From Paraspadella gotoi (lineage: Eukaryota; Animalia; Chaetognatha): a stretch of DNA of 64,000 nt. Position 1 is the first letter of the stretch, and each line of letters opens with the position of its first letter. The position numbers and the translations under genes are program-made. A model generated the notes under the pieces. That model searched no databases. It saw only the letters and a program-made list of their open reading frames with translations, and was not told the DNA's origin. This document shows, in pieces, positions 25,101-37,591 of the stretch. Location: assembly GCA_051294375.1 (NCBI GenBank), contig CM119268.1:9990370-10054369 (forward strand). Reading direction: 5' to 3'.

Positions 25101-28100
25101 CGTGGCCGTGGTATCGACAGCGAGCGGCGACAACCGGCCAGCCCCCGCTACTTGCGAGGTAAGTTTGTTCCTCAAAATTGCCGACGGAGAACCAAGCGAA
25201 AGACCCGCGACCCGTTTGGCAACAGAAGATGGCGTGGCGCCGGTCGAAGGCGAATTGGACGTCGAGGAATACGCCTTGAAGTTCAGAGGCGTGGTGGTCA
25301 AAGGGGTCAAAGGAGTCATCGATGGGTCGAAGGAAATTCCGGAGAAAGTGAACGTCGATGCGCCGTGCCCTTCAAGACCCGAGTGACGACGTCTCCCTGC
25401 TTCTTCCCCGGGGACCATCCCGCTCAAAGCCATTTTGGTCAGGTAGGGCAGGTGGGCAGTTTCGTCCGCGGGATCTGCCTGATCCTTAGCCGAGGGCTTT
25501 CTGGTTGGGACGTCGCTTCTGACCTTCTTTCGTCGAAGCGCGTAGTTTTTCTCTATGGAGTAAAACGCTTCACGAATGGCGTCCGGAGATCCTAAGTAAA
25601 AGTGACGAGAACTTTGAAGGCGCTTCAACTCCTGAATAAAAAAACACCGATTAAATCTTTAATTTCGCTCAAGGACTGATTTAAATATAATGACTAATTG
25701 TTTAAACCATCCCATAAAAACATTAAAATATTTATCCATAGCCATATCCATAGCCACAGTCAATCGTACGACAAAGCTAATATTTACCGACAATATTTCT
25801 GCGTCATTTCTGATATTTAGTATCGATTGAAGATTGTCGAATCCGAAGCCTAAAATGTGGGTCAGCGTTTCGTCAGATCGAATGAAGTTAATCATGTGTT
25901 TGAAATGCACCAAGTAGCAGGTTCCACCTTAAAAATGTAATCATAAATAAACAAGTTTGAGCAAACAACTTCGAATCTGAACCCGGGCATTTAGCGGTAA
26001 GCAGCGAATCAGATGTTAAGTTATGATTATATCATTAATCTTACAATCTATTTTTTTCAATTCACCTACAATATAATTTTATGGTGGTCTGGCGAAGGAG
26101 GCAAGTCATTCGCCTCCCAACCTACAATTTTACAAGCGCCGGTAAAAAAAACGCTGTCATTTGCAAACCCATGAAGATTTTTTCAATGTTAACTATGAAT
26201 TTTAAAGTAAAAAATCATTATTGGAATGAAGTCTTTTTATATCAACGATTGATTTTTAATATTTAACAGACATTTTTCGGCTTTAAAATCAATCGTTGAT
26301 GTTGTTTTTTTTTTTGTAACAAAAAAATAGAGCAAACAAATAGGGGCAAGATAGCTTATTTAATAAATGAATGGATAATTTTTATATTGGTTGTACCAAT
26401 TTCATAAAATTTTAGATAATTCACTTTTGACACTCTTAATTGAACCAAGGCTGGGCAGCTTAATTTTTTATGTTAAAAATATGAAGAGAATGATATACTT
26501 ACGAAAGCTCTAACATTAGTCTAAGGGCTTTCTGAGGATATTAATATTGTTAATATCTTAATAAATACTTTGTTTAAAAAAGTTTTAAAAAAATTGATTT
26601 AAAAACAGTGAGTTGGAAAATGAAACCCAATTTTAAAAGCCAACTTTCTCAACTCATTGTCAAGGCATATCTTAAAAGATCAATATAAAATTTTAACACA
26701 AATGATTTTAATATTTTCTACTCAACTAATTTTTAAAATCAATAAAATAACTACTGGTTTGCAACGGACAGCGTTTTTTTTTTTACCGGCCCTTGTGAAA
26801 TTATCACCATGTAAGGTCCGGGGTTCACACGGTGTTACAGCCTGATCCGAAATTCAGTGACAGCTTATATTGAATGTTCTGGCACTAACTCATAACTATT
26901 ATTTCGGTCTCTTCATTAATGATACCAACTTCCAACCACAAACATATGCCTAAACTCGGCAAAGCGCTTTCCGCCAACACATCAGGCGACGTTCCTCAAC
27001 TTGGTGAAAAACTTTTAACCGACGATTCACTGAAGAGATGCAACATACTTCTCTCTCGAGGAGGGGGGATGTATAGTGGACTAAAATCCAACTCTGGGGT
27101 TTTAGCCTGGTGGCCGCCTAGCAGTTAAGAGCGACGGGGCACTTCACCCGCCTGTAACACGGTTTTACAGCCTGATCCGAAGCTCAGGGACTGCTTATAT
27201 TGAACGGTTCTGGCAATAACTCATAACAATTATTTCTTTCTCTTCAGTCTTTAATTTATAGTTTTTTATGTGGTATTTGTTTTAATTCTGGTGATAATGA
27301 AGGCTATGATCGTTAAGATTTTAATGGTTGTTCCGGTAGTTGTGGTTGTGTTGGTAGTTGTCGTTGAAATTTTTGTTTATGATTGTAGTAGTTGTAAAAA
27401 AATTAAGAAAAAAAAAAAACAAATGTCTTTTTCACTAATTTCCACTTGGACGATTCCATCGAAATTATTTATTCCCAGCTTAATCACATGCTTTTGAACC
27501 CACACAAATTTTAAGGTCAATCGCCCAATCCACTCATAAGTAATTTATCATAATTTGATATTTTGACATGATCTAAGTGACTTACCGACAAAATTCATGG
27601 GGCGGACCGACTAAGTTAATTATAAAGCCGTGATCTGCTTTAAGCAGATACGGCTAAAAAAACATTATGTATATGTACAAGATAATTTGCCATAATAACC
27701 TCCTGCGATGACGATATTCTTGAATATTTCCATCCTGTTATCCTTGAGACTAACGCCGGTGACGACGAGACAAACTCGCCAAGCGACGAAAACGTTGACG
27801 CCAACTTCGGCGACGAGACGACGACTGCAACGAGCCATCCTTGTCAAAGCCACCGCCGACTTCGCCAACGCGGGAGATAAGCCTGGGATTCGTTCGTTAC
27901 GATCTCATTTTCAAAAGAAAAGCGACGGAAACGGATCCGACGTCTTTCCCAAGCACCTTCCAAAAACTCTTCGCATATTTCGAAGGCTTCTTCGTCGAGC
28001 CATTTCCCGGCCGCTTCGCTCTTCCATACGAACTCCTTTGAGACGATCCAACAACCTCGTCCAACGCCTACCAAAGAGTTTTAAATATTTTACGATAACA

Positions 28101-28310
28101 TATAATATGTCATATTCCAATTCCACGAAAAAAAATACCTTTAAGAAACTTTTCGGATCTTGTTGGCACGTCTACGACCAGGTGCGTAACAGCGCGCGAG
28201 TCGTCGTCGTCACTAAGGCGCGCACCAAGTTTGAAAATTGCGGCGCGCAACTCTCGCCTGTCCCGAGAGGCGACGCCGGTGCCCAGTTGAAACACCTTCG
28301 TCTCTCGCAT
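22143..28310 (-). CDS. SLF1: SMC5-SMC6 localisation factor 1 (ANKRD32)-like: N-terminal BRCT pair plus C-terminal ankyrin repeats
   Basis: VTHLVVDVPTRSEKFLK, GCWIVSKEFVWKSEAAGKWLDEEAFE, FVAWRVCLVV (BRCT). The 3.5-kb last exon has NAKNKFGETKLHTACKKG, NAQDNNLWTPLHEACNAG and GITPLHDAV ankyrin repeats. Middle exon joins are approximate. Confidence 0.75.
26124..26811. mobile_element. MITE, same family as 32232-33172, left TIR disrupted
   Basis: Left ACAATTTTACAAGCGCCGGTAAAA..CTGTCATTTGCAAACC; right GGTTTGCAA..TTTACCGGCCCTTGTGAAATTATCACCATG|TA. About 26430-26811 is the reverse complement of about 32232-32610. Confidence 0.75.
26827..27246 (+). repeat. Pair of ~90-bp imperfect direct repeats with an intervening polypurine tract (possible TRIM/LTR remnant)
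   Basis: acacgg.ttacagcctgatccgaa..gcttatattgaa..ttctggca.taactcataac..tctcttca at about 26827-26915 and 27157-27246; gaggaggggga followed by TGTA near 27058-27073. Confidence 0.45.
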
Positions 28311-29881
28311 TTCCGGTTGATGTGCTTTTGCTGAAGGACTGACAATGGCGCTTTCAAGCCATCTTCCGTGTTAAATTTTCGCTAAAATAATACTTAAGAA
28401 GCGAGAAAAACAAGTATATAACGGTTCAGATTTAAAAGGGGGAAATAAACAGTAAGTTACAAAAAGAAATAAATCGAACTGCAAAGCGAAGAAGCTTAAA
28501 AGGAATACAATGAAAAATAAACCCTTTCGAATGTAGACAAAATAAAAACCTTAAAAAAAATTGTTAACAGAGGAAGAATCGGACCGGAAGAAAAATCACC
28601 AAAAATAGATGCTAAGACGCTAAGTGCGAGGAAGAGGTGAAATGGCGCAGCTGAGAGACTAACCAGCTCCGTGAGCGATCACTTTTGAATGGGCATTGGG
28701 CAATAGTAACACATAATAAAATTAATTTGTATGCTTTTCTTAAAATCCTCAAGATAATAGAACAAAATAAAGAAGTTTTGAATAGGAAGATTTTTTTTAC
28801 ATAAATAACATATACGAGAGCAATTTTTAAAAAAAATTGATCACAGTAAATCGATTTTGGTCGGTACTTTTATCATCGCCAAGAAAATAATTTTGTGGCT
28901 TATTAATATCTTTTTGGTTTACAATCATCGTCGAAATTAATAATCATCGTTCCCAATTTCAAGTTACATCAAGTATCATTATCAATTTATTCTCTAAGAA
29001 TTTTTCAAAAATATATAATAATCACAAATGTAATCATCGTTATGTTATCATTTTCGCAGCTGTTATCCTTACATGTAAAGTTACAAATCAATTAGGTTAT
29101 GACTCTTATTAACAATATTATCAGTAAGACTTATTTTCGTTTCGGAGCTTATCATTTTTATGACCCCGTCTTCATAAAATTGACATTAGACATCTTCTTT
29201 CATCATTAGATATTATTATAACTGTCATAAAGTTGGAAACATGCCTGTCATGCACACACTATAGCCCATTACTATTTCACTATTGCAAATCATAAATCTG
29301 AACCACTAATCAAATAGCATAACAAGCTGCTTGGAACATTAAACATGAATTATTCTCTATGGTTTTTCAACATTTTCTGACACGACATGTTGCATGATAA
29401 TGTTCTTAGTTTTTATCTTTCGAGTTTGGTACTCATATGACGTGTGTGAACAAAATTTTTTCGACATAACTATCAATATAGTAAAAAACTCAAAAAAGCT
29501 AAAAGTATATTATCATGGCAAAAAAATCTTCGGTTTAGTTACCCAGTGATATCTATAAAAAAAAAATCTCAATCTTAGTTTTTGCTAAGACAAAAATAGC
29601 AAAAAAAAATAATTACGTAAACATAGTACATAAAATAATAAAGTTGTCGCTCATCGATGTAAACTAGTTTATGCGGAGCATAAAGATGTAAATATAAATA
29701 AAAATAGATTTCATGATCGGTATTTTTTTGGAACAAAGCTATGATTTTTTGAGTACAAATCGGTAAAGCGTGAAGTGAAACCTTTGCAATAATTTTTTTT
29801 TTGCGCATGCGGCGTGCGCGTTTTTCGTCCACCTTAAATCAGGTCGACTTTTTTTTTCAAAGTCAAGTCCAACTCTTAGTC

Positions 29882-32800
29882 CTATACTGAGAGGGTATCT
29901 TTTTTAGTGGAAGGAACCGATTGAGATTGGACTCCTTGGTTTTTTTCCGGATCCTTTTCGATGATATCGAAAGTATGCTTTCGCCCGAAGATGACCCAAA
30001 GAGCAGCGAGGTTCTCGCCAACTAGGGTAACGGGCATGGAGAGTAAAGATAACGCAATGACACCCACATAACGCGGCCACCCAATACGTGCTAAAAAGGA
30101 TTATTTTTTTTTAATAATATGAAAAACAATAATTACAATTTATATTGTACCCGGCGAAAAGGACTTTGCGGCTCCCAACATGAAGAGGTAAACGTAAGTG
30201 GCAGTAAACATAGCGCAAACGACTTCGAAAAAGCGCCAGGAGAATGGAAAATATATGGCGAACACAATGTTGGTGGACGTCATGGGCATGAGCGTCCAAG
30301 CCCACACCATGAAGAAGATACCAATTTTAAAGCGAGGAGGAATCTTTCCAGACCAAAGCGTCAACGTTAGGCCCATCAGCCATCTTTTACGCTTAAAGTT
30401 ACAGGAAAAACATCGAAAATTGTATGAAACAGTCTCAATGTCTTTTCGCAATATTAAAAACGTTACTAAAGGTCATTCACGATGAATTATATTTACTAGA
30501 TACACACTTGCTTAATGTAATCCATAAGGTTGAAGGGGCTACTCTCCCACATCTCGCCTTGGATGAAACCAAACTTATATCCCTTGGACATGGCGACCAT
30601 CGCGAAAAAACAATCTTCAGCAATTGAGCTTTCTGGGCCGTGGTCCCAAGTTACCTAATTTTTTTTTTTTTTTTTTGCGTTAGAAAAAGAAACTTTAAAA
30701 ATTTTATTCAGTGAATATAAAGTGAGTTTAATTAAGATTCACGCGGATATATGCGAAATTAAATAAATCAACGCAATTTTATTTTTTCATTCAACCAGGC
30801 TACATGAAAAATAGGCATTACCTGCCTCTCAGCACCAGCGTTGGTAACAACAAAACTACCCTTCCAAGAAAAAATTGGCATGTGAAGGTAAGTAAATTGG
30901 AAACGCAACATTCCGTAATCAATTCCAACACGGACAGAATCCGCTAGAGTCACCAATAAATTTTGGATGCCTATCAAAGTTAAAAATAGGTGAATCAAAA
31001 TTATTGGAACTCACATTATTTACATAAAAAAAACATTTGATCTACCCAAGTTTGTGTAGTTGATTACGCCTTGACCAAAATGGTAAACTCCATCGTATGC
31101 AAAGTTAAAGACTCCTTTGACGGAAGATTCAGTAAGGATCGTTTCCTCGTCGAGATGAACGACCCAGTCGTCGTCGGTAAGGAGATTCACCTGCTCCTCC
31201 AAACAGTATTGTAGAGCGCGAGCTAAAACAATGAGTTTGATCAATAAATATCTTGGAAACCAGTCGAAACTAAAACGAAGTAGAATCAAATGAAAAAAGT
31301 AATACCTTTATACAAAGTTTTGTTGGCAGTGACATAGTTTTGTGGCACCACTATTTCACGGACGTGCGGCTGTTTTTGCAGATCGAGAGCATTGTCGGTC
31401 ACCACTTCGATGACAAAGTTCTCAAGGCCCACCTTTTTGCAAATCTCCAAGTTTTTCAGGACGTTCTTGTGAACGAGACTATCAAAACAGAGATATGTTT
31501 TGCGTAGGGAAAAATCAATCCAGAGGGCCGATAAAATATCTTTACGCGTACCTCTTATAAGTTCCTCTCGTAACGGTTCTGAAGCAGATAAAAGGTGCCA
31601 ATAGACTCTTTGGTGAAGCTTTTAGGGTCACTGGTGGAGGAACGATGTTAATAAAAACCAGACCAAAAAGGTTGAACACAGATATTGGAACGGCCATCAT
31701 TATGGTGAGACGAATGGTGTAAAAAAGAAAAGTGATGATTCCATATTCCAGCCACGGGTTTATTTTTTCCTGATAGAGCGAAACAAAATCACTCAAGATC
31801 AATAAAAAGAGACCACACGGCTTAGATAAATTTAACATTCTGATTCTTGCTTTCTTTAATGCTGTTTCTATCACAGGCTATTAAAATCTTTAATATTCCT
31901 GGGCTTCATTTTGTCATAAATGAACCCTGTTCTAGAAAATGGGTCCAAATCTTTATATTGGATAAGTGCGCAAAATCTAGCTCTTCGAACTATTTTAAAA
32001 ATATCAAATCCATGGTAGGGTCCGAAATGTTTAAACGATAAAGAATGGTGAAAAGTTTTGAACCAGTAATGATTCATCACACGTTTAAAAGTTGGAGCTT
32101 TCCAAGCATAACTTTGTCTTTTACCAAAACAATTTTTTTTCAGTCTTGTTATAAAGGATTAAGTTTTATATGTTTCTTTGGTTTTATACATTACGAAATT
32201 GGTAAAACCAATTGCAAGTATCCTTCATTTACATGGTGACAATTTTACAAGCGCCGGTAGAAATATGCTGTCATTTGCAAACTAGTGGTTATTTCATTGA
32301 TTTTAAAAATTATTTGAGTAAAAAACACAAACTATTTATATGTTAAAATTTTATATTGATCAGTTAAGATATGCCTTGACAATGAGTAGAGAAAGTTGGC
32401 TTGTAAAATCGGGTTTCATTTTCCAACTCACTGTTTTTAAAAGCTTTTTTTTTTAAATTTTAGCACTTTTTTAAACAAAGTATTTATTAAAATATTAACA
32501 ATATTAATATCCTCAGAAAGCCCTTAAAAATATGAAGAGAATGATATACTTAGGAAAGCTCTAACATAAAAAGTGAGTTGCCCAGCCTTGGTTCAATTAA
32601 GAGTGTCAAAATTAAATTATTTAAAATTTTAAATCTTTTTTCAAAATATATGACCTTTTTAAATTATTATATCATAAAATATTATTATTTATATAAGTAT
32701 CATGAAAGAGCCTGAGAAAAAAGGATTTAAGATAACCAATCACAATTTGATAAATATCATAAATTTACTTTCCAGCTATTGATTTTTAAAAAGATATCTC

Positions 32801-35044
32801 GTTTTTGAGTATCCTAATTAAATTAAAGCTGGGCCAGTTAAATTTTATACTACAGTATTTGTAAGTACGTCATTCTTTTTAGATTTGAAAGGGCTTTCAG
32901 AAGATAATAAAATTAATATTATTTTATTTAAAATTTTTTCAGAAAACTTACTGAAAGTAAGAGAAAAAAATTAAATCTAAAAAAAGTGAATTGAAAAATG
33001 AAACCCGATTTTACAAGCCAACTTTCAAGGCATATCTTAACTGATCAATATAAAATTTTAACATAAATAGTTTTAGTATTTTCTACTCAACTAAATTTTA
33101 AAATCAATGAAATAACCACTGGTTTGCAAATGACAGGGTATTTTTACCGGCGCTTGTAAAATTGTCACCATGTATTCAATAAACAAGCTATTATGCTGAC
33201 TAGCCTAAAGTGGCAACGAGTAAAATTTATCTGAACCATGGCTTATATATACATATGTATATTGAAAACTTAAAAAAAAACCAGAAAAGTGTAAAACATA
33301 TACTTACAATGAGCCTGAGAAAAATCGTCTCAAATTTCACAGGACAATAATAGGTTTACATTTGAAATGAACAAAACTGAAAACGTGAAATATAAAAAAG
33401 GAAACTTAAAAAAAAGATTATTGCATCCAAGGAGTGCATTGAAAGCATTTATGTATTCAGAATATTTTCTTACTTTCTTTTACAAGATTCACATTTATAA
33501 GTAAAAAACAATTTATGGCGGTAAAAGGAGGAGAAGTTATAATGTAATGGCCTCCTTGAATGCATTTGTCAGCACAATTGTTCCTACTATCCCAAAAATA
33601 CCTCCCAGGAATCTCGATCGCTTTAGTCTTGAATCTTTAAAAAAAATAAATGAAGCGCAGCCAGTGCATACTATTATCGTGAAAAAAGCCACAAACCAAC
33701 AAAAAAGAAGCTAGAAATTATTATAACAAATGCTTAAATTAGTAATATTATTTTAACTTTAATGTTTGGTATAATTGAATTTACTTTAATTTACCAGTTA
33801 AAGAAGTTTTTATACAATAAAACTTATTGAAAAACATTAAGGAATAATGATGGATGAAAAATGTAAAAAAACAAAGGAGGGGTAGATAAGTAGAATAGTC
33901 TTTCTTAAATCACAAAACACATTAAAGTTATTATTTGTCTTTTTAATAAAGTCCTACCATCACCGTTAACTACTTGGTATCTACAGAGTCTTTACTCGTA
34001 ACAAAAAATAATCATGAAAATTTACGCAAGAATATAAAATAAATAAATTAGATAAGTTTATCACAAATTAAGACATCAATACTATTGAATACTGAATAGT
34101 TTATATTCTCGATAATATTGATAATATAATAATAAATTCTCTTCCCCGTGCTACATACTCTTTCGGTCTTTTGCTCACCTTTCCTAACCTCTACTTTTTC
34201 TGGTTAGCACCCCAAATAAACAAATATAATTTATATTTATATTATAAAGTAAGTTTTGATGATAAGCTTGATCACGGACAAACATTTCTTAGTTATATAA
34301 GCATTATAAAAAATAATACATACAAGAAGATTTTAAAATACTGTCAATTATCGAGATAGAGTTTATGAAAATTAATGGAAAACTAGCGAAAGCCCATTTT
34401 TCTATTCTAACAGAGCAGGGAACAGCAAACACAAACTGAAAAAGTGACAGCGACATGAAAAAAGTGCGGTATACTGCATAACGATTTAAATTTAGATTCG
34501 CATTAATGTTAACAATACAAATAGTACTTTCAAATTTTCAATGTCACACTGTAACCTTTGCAGGTTTAAAGTGGGGTTCTAAAAAGTGAGAAACAAAACC
34601 TCTCCAAAACAAACAACTTTACCTCGCTATCATTTTGAACATTAGCTTTTGGCTGAATTAGGGTTAAGGGGTGGGTTTGTGAAAAAAATAAACCAAAAAT
34701 ATAAAAAGTGAAAAAAAAAAAAAAAAAAAAAAAACCAACAAAAAGGCTAATATAATTAGTCAAAAATAATATAATTAAGATGTTACCTTCTCCACGTCAG
34801 GAATAATTACGCCATTGAGAAGTAGAAACAAAATTATGACAGTGGTCAACAAACAAAGATGTATCCCATGTTTGATAATACGCGAGAGCGAAGTTTTTTG
34901 ATTAGTGGTTCTGAAAAGCAAAAGTTGGTTTTGATATCAAGGTCGAATATTTTATACTAGATTTTTCTCAAAAAAAATTTACCTGTAACTTGTTACTGGA
35001 AGACCTCCTACAGTTAAACCTTTATTAAATATTCTTGAGATCAT
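29882..35044 (-). CDS. egh: Beta-1,4-mannosyltransferase egghead/BRE-3 (GT2)
   Basis: KHGIHLCLL, INPWLEYG, LLAPFICFRTVTRG, GLENFVIEVVTD, KARALQYCLE, WVVHLDEET, TLADSVRV, FSWKGSFVV, SIAEDCFFAM, QRKRWLMG. 3-kb intron at 31770-34786. The start exon (MISRIFNK, ATG 35044) is less certain. Confidence 0.92.
32232..33172. mobile_element. Foldback-type MITE with long terminal inverted repeats and TA target duplication
   Basis: TA|CATGGTGACAATTTTACAAGCGCCGGTA ... TACCGGCGCTTGTAAAATTGTCACCATG|TA; inverted similarity extends about 200 bp inward; no coding capacity. Confidence 0.88.
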
Positions 35045-35228
35045 TTTGAATGTTTTCTTTGGTATTTTAAAACGGATTAAAAGAACTCCGTACTTAAAGT
35101 TTATTTAAACTATGCAATTTCATTTTATGTCAGACTTCCTTTATACAGGGAGAAAAAAAAAATAAAATAAAATAAAATACGGTTAGAATATTTTTCGACT
35201 AGTCCATTATATTGCTCGGTTGCGTGGG

Positions 35229-37075
35229 TCAATTGTTTCTCGTCTGTTGACAAATGTGATTGAGCTTTTCTGCATGGGCGTTCTTCGTCTTGGCTGTCCT
35301 GCAATTACGTCCCCACCAACAATTGGTCCTCCTTGTCACGTCAGCCGGAAGACGGTCTCGCGGAATACTTTCACGAAAGAAAAAAGCCAGCTCTTTGAAG
35401 ACTCTCTCGGCGCAGTCTCGACACACCAGGTCCTCCCCTTTGAGGGCGCCGAGCGACGACTTGCCGGGAAACTGAATCGTGGCGACGAGTAGAAGGGATG
35501 ATGGCAAGGAGAATCGACCGGCGTCGAGTTCTGCAACGCACTCGCGAAACATGTCCTCTTTAGACTTGGACTCGGCCGCCAGCCAATCGGTCAGCACCTT
35601 GGACTCGTATTCGTTGTCGAGTAGAATTGTGCGCATGAAGGCGTCTCCGAAGGAAATGTTTTTGAGCGGCATGAGGCATCCACGAACGCAGTTACATCCA
35701 AGGTAGGCGTGACAGTAAACGTTGGCACAAAGCGCGCAAATTTGACGTCGCTCAAGAGGAAAGTCCGGGTCTTCCGATTGGAATCGACGATCAGGCATCA
35801 TTCGTGTGCAACAGCGGCAATTGATATGCAGCTGAAACACGGTGCATTCGTAAATGGGGGGAGGAGGGTTAACTCCCGAGGAAGTCGGCCCGACCGATGT
35901 CGACGAAGAGGGACCGGAAGCTGCGTCTGCCGAGTCTGATGAGACTGAGGCGGCTGCTGATGCTGCCGAGGCAGCCGCAGCGAGAGCTGTTCGCGTCGTT
36001 CGACCACCCGTAGAGGTAGCAGAAGGATTTACTACCGGGCACTGAACGCAAGTTGGACGAGGATTTACGATGGGGGGAATGAATGCGGGACTTTCTTCGT
36101 CGTCGTCGTCGTCGTCGCTCTCGATGTAACTCTCTTCTTCATCGAGAGAGTGTTGAGAATTCCCTTCGCTCCGCAGCAAATTCAAGGCCGTCAATTTATC
36201 ACCCTTGAGACCTTCCTTGAGGGTGTTCTTAGCATCCAGTTCGCTCAGCTCCTCGACGTCCCGCTTCTTCTCTGGGTGCAACTTCAGGTATGCGTTGACC
36301 AGGTTGTTGACAGTGTGGTTTTTGGCGACATGCAAAACTTTTTTACGGCATTGAGGGCAGAGCTTGCTGCGTTTCATCCAGTCGGAGTAGCACCCGCCGC
36401 AGAAGCAGTGCATGCAAGGCTGGACGCTGACACAGTCGTGGAGCATGTCCTGGCAAATGCAGCACATCATGTTTTCTCCCATATCGTCTTGATCCGTTTC
36501 TTCTGTTTTTATTCTTTTATTGGCGCGTTGATCTTCAAGGTCCGAAGGCCGCTTGGAAGTTCCAGGGACGTCGCTCTCGGGTGAAATAAATTCGTCGTCA
36601 AATTTTTGCGTTTCGTCAAGATCGTCGTCGGCGTCGGGCGCGGATGTATCCTCGGAGCTGACGAGATGAAAAATAAAGCCGACGCTTTTCATTCCTTGAG
36701 CGGCTTTTCCGAAAACGACGCTGATGGTGTCTCCTGATGAAATTGAAAATCGAAACTAAAAAGAAATCGAAAAGATTCTCATAGAGAAGCAAAAGCAAAG
36801 AGCTTACCGTCATTGAGAGCCGCGCGGGCGCTCCGCACTATTTGGGTGGAGTTGAGCATGGTTCCGTTTGTGCTGCAGTCTTCAAGCTCCGCGGCGGAAC
36901 CGGTGGCGGCGCGGCGGACGACGAAATGTCGTCCTGAGATCATTTTCTTGCCTGGTAGCAAATGATCGCATGTCTTGGATCGACCAACGACAAAGGTTTC
37001 GTCGAATAAAGGAATCTCCTTTGAGCCAGCCTCGCCGAAAGGCGTCAGGGTGGCCCAAGGCGTCGGCGACGACAT
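35229..37075 (-). CDS. CHFR: E3 ubiquitin ligase CHFR (FHA, RING, Cys-rich, PBZ)
   Basis: FHA (VVGRSKTCD..ISGRHF..LEDCSTNGT), RING CCICQDMLHDCVSVQPCMHCFCGGCYSDW..CPQCR, PBZ CWWGRNCRT..AHAEKLNHICQQTR. Confidence 0.95.
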
Positions 37076-37335
37076 GATTATTGTTTTTATTGTTTCATCT
37101 ACAAAATGCATTCATGAGAAATACGTATATTTATTAACTAAGAAAAATCTCTCTTAATTAAAGTTTACCAAATTTTTAAGAATAATAATTCTTCAAATTT
37201 TTAACATTTTTTACAAAAATTCAGTTTTTCAAAAAAAAAAAACATCTCGATTTCTCCCCCAAGTCCGACTTTTCCGGCCGCCGAATTCGGTTCGATCGGC
37301 GACGAGTGGACGTCGACGTTCCACGCTTTTATGAC

Positions 37336-37591
37336 TTAATCCATCTTCTTGAACCCGATGTCTTTGGCGTACTGATGGAAGCACTGTCGGCAAAGGTTAA
37401 GGCCGTACTTCCGAATAAGACCGTGGCCGTTGCTGTGAACAAAAATAAAAACGTAAAGTAAATCGACATAAAAAGTTTTGGTCTGCTAAATATAGTTAAG
37501 AGATAGGTAACACTTGCCTGCAGGCCCTGCAGGAACGTGAGCCTTGACCGTACTTCTTGGGGTGAGCGTTCCAAATATTACCAAAACCCAT
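37336..37591 (-). CDS. RPS29: 40S ribosomal protein S29 (uS14), two coding exons joined by a GC-AG intron
   Basis: [24 protein letters not shown]|[32 protein letters not shown]; intron 37433-37517 with donor CAG|GCAAGT. Not represented in the ORF track. Confidence 0.95.

Noticed and set aside
33538-34480. Hydrophobic ORF fragments in the egh intron, e.g. LLFCWFVAFFTIIVCTGCASFIFF
   Set aside because: They could not be joined into a coherent gene, and AT-rich sequence readily yields such peptides.
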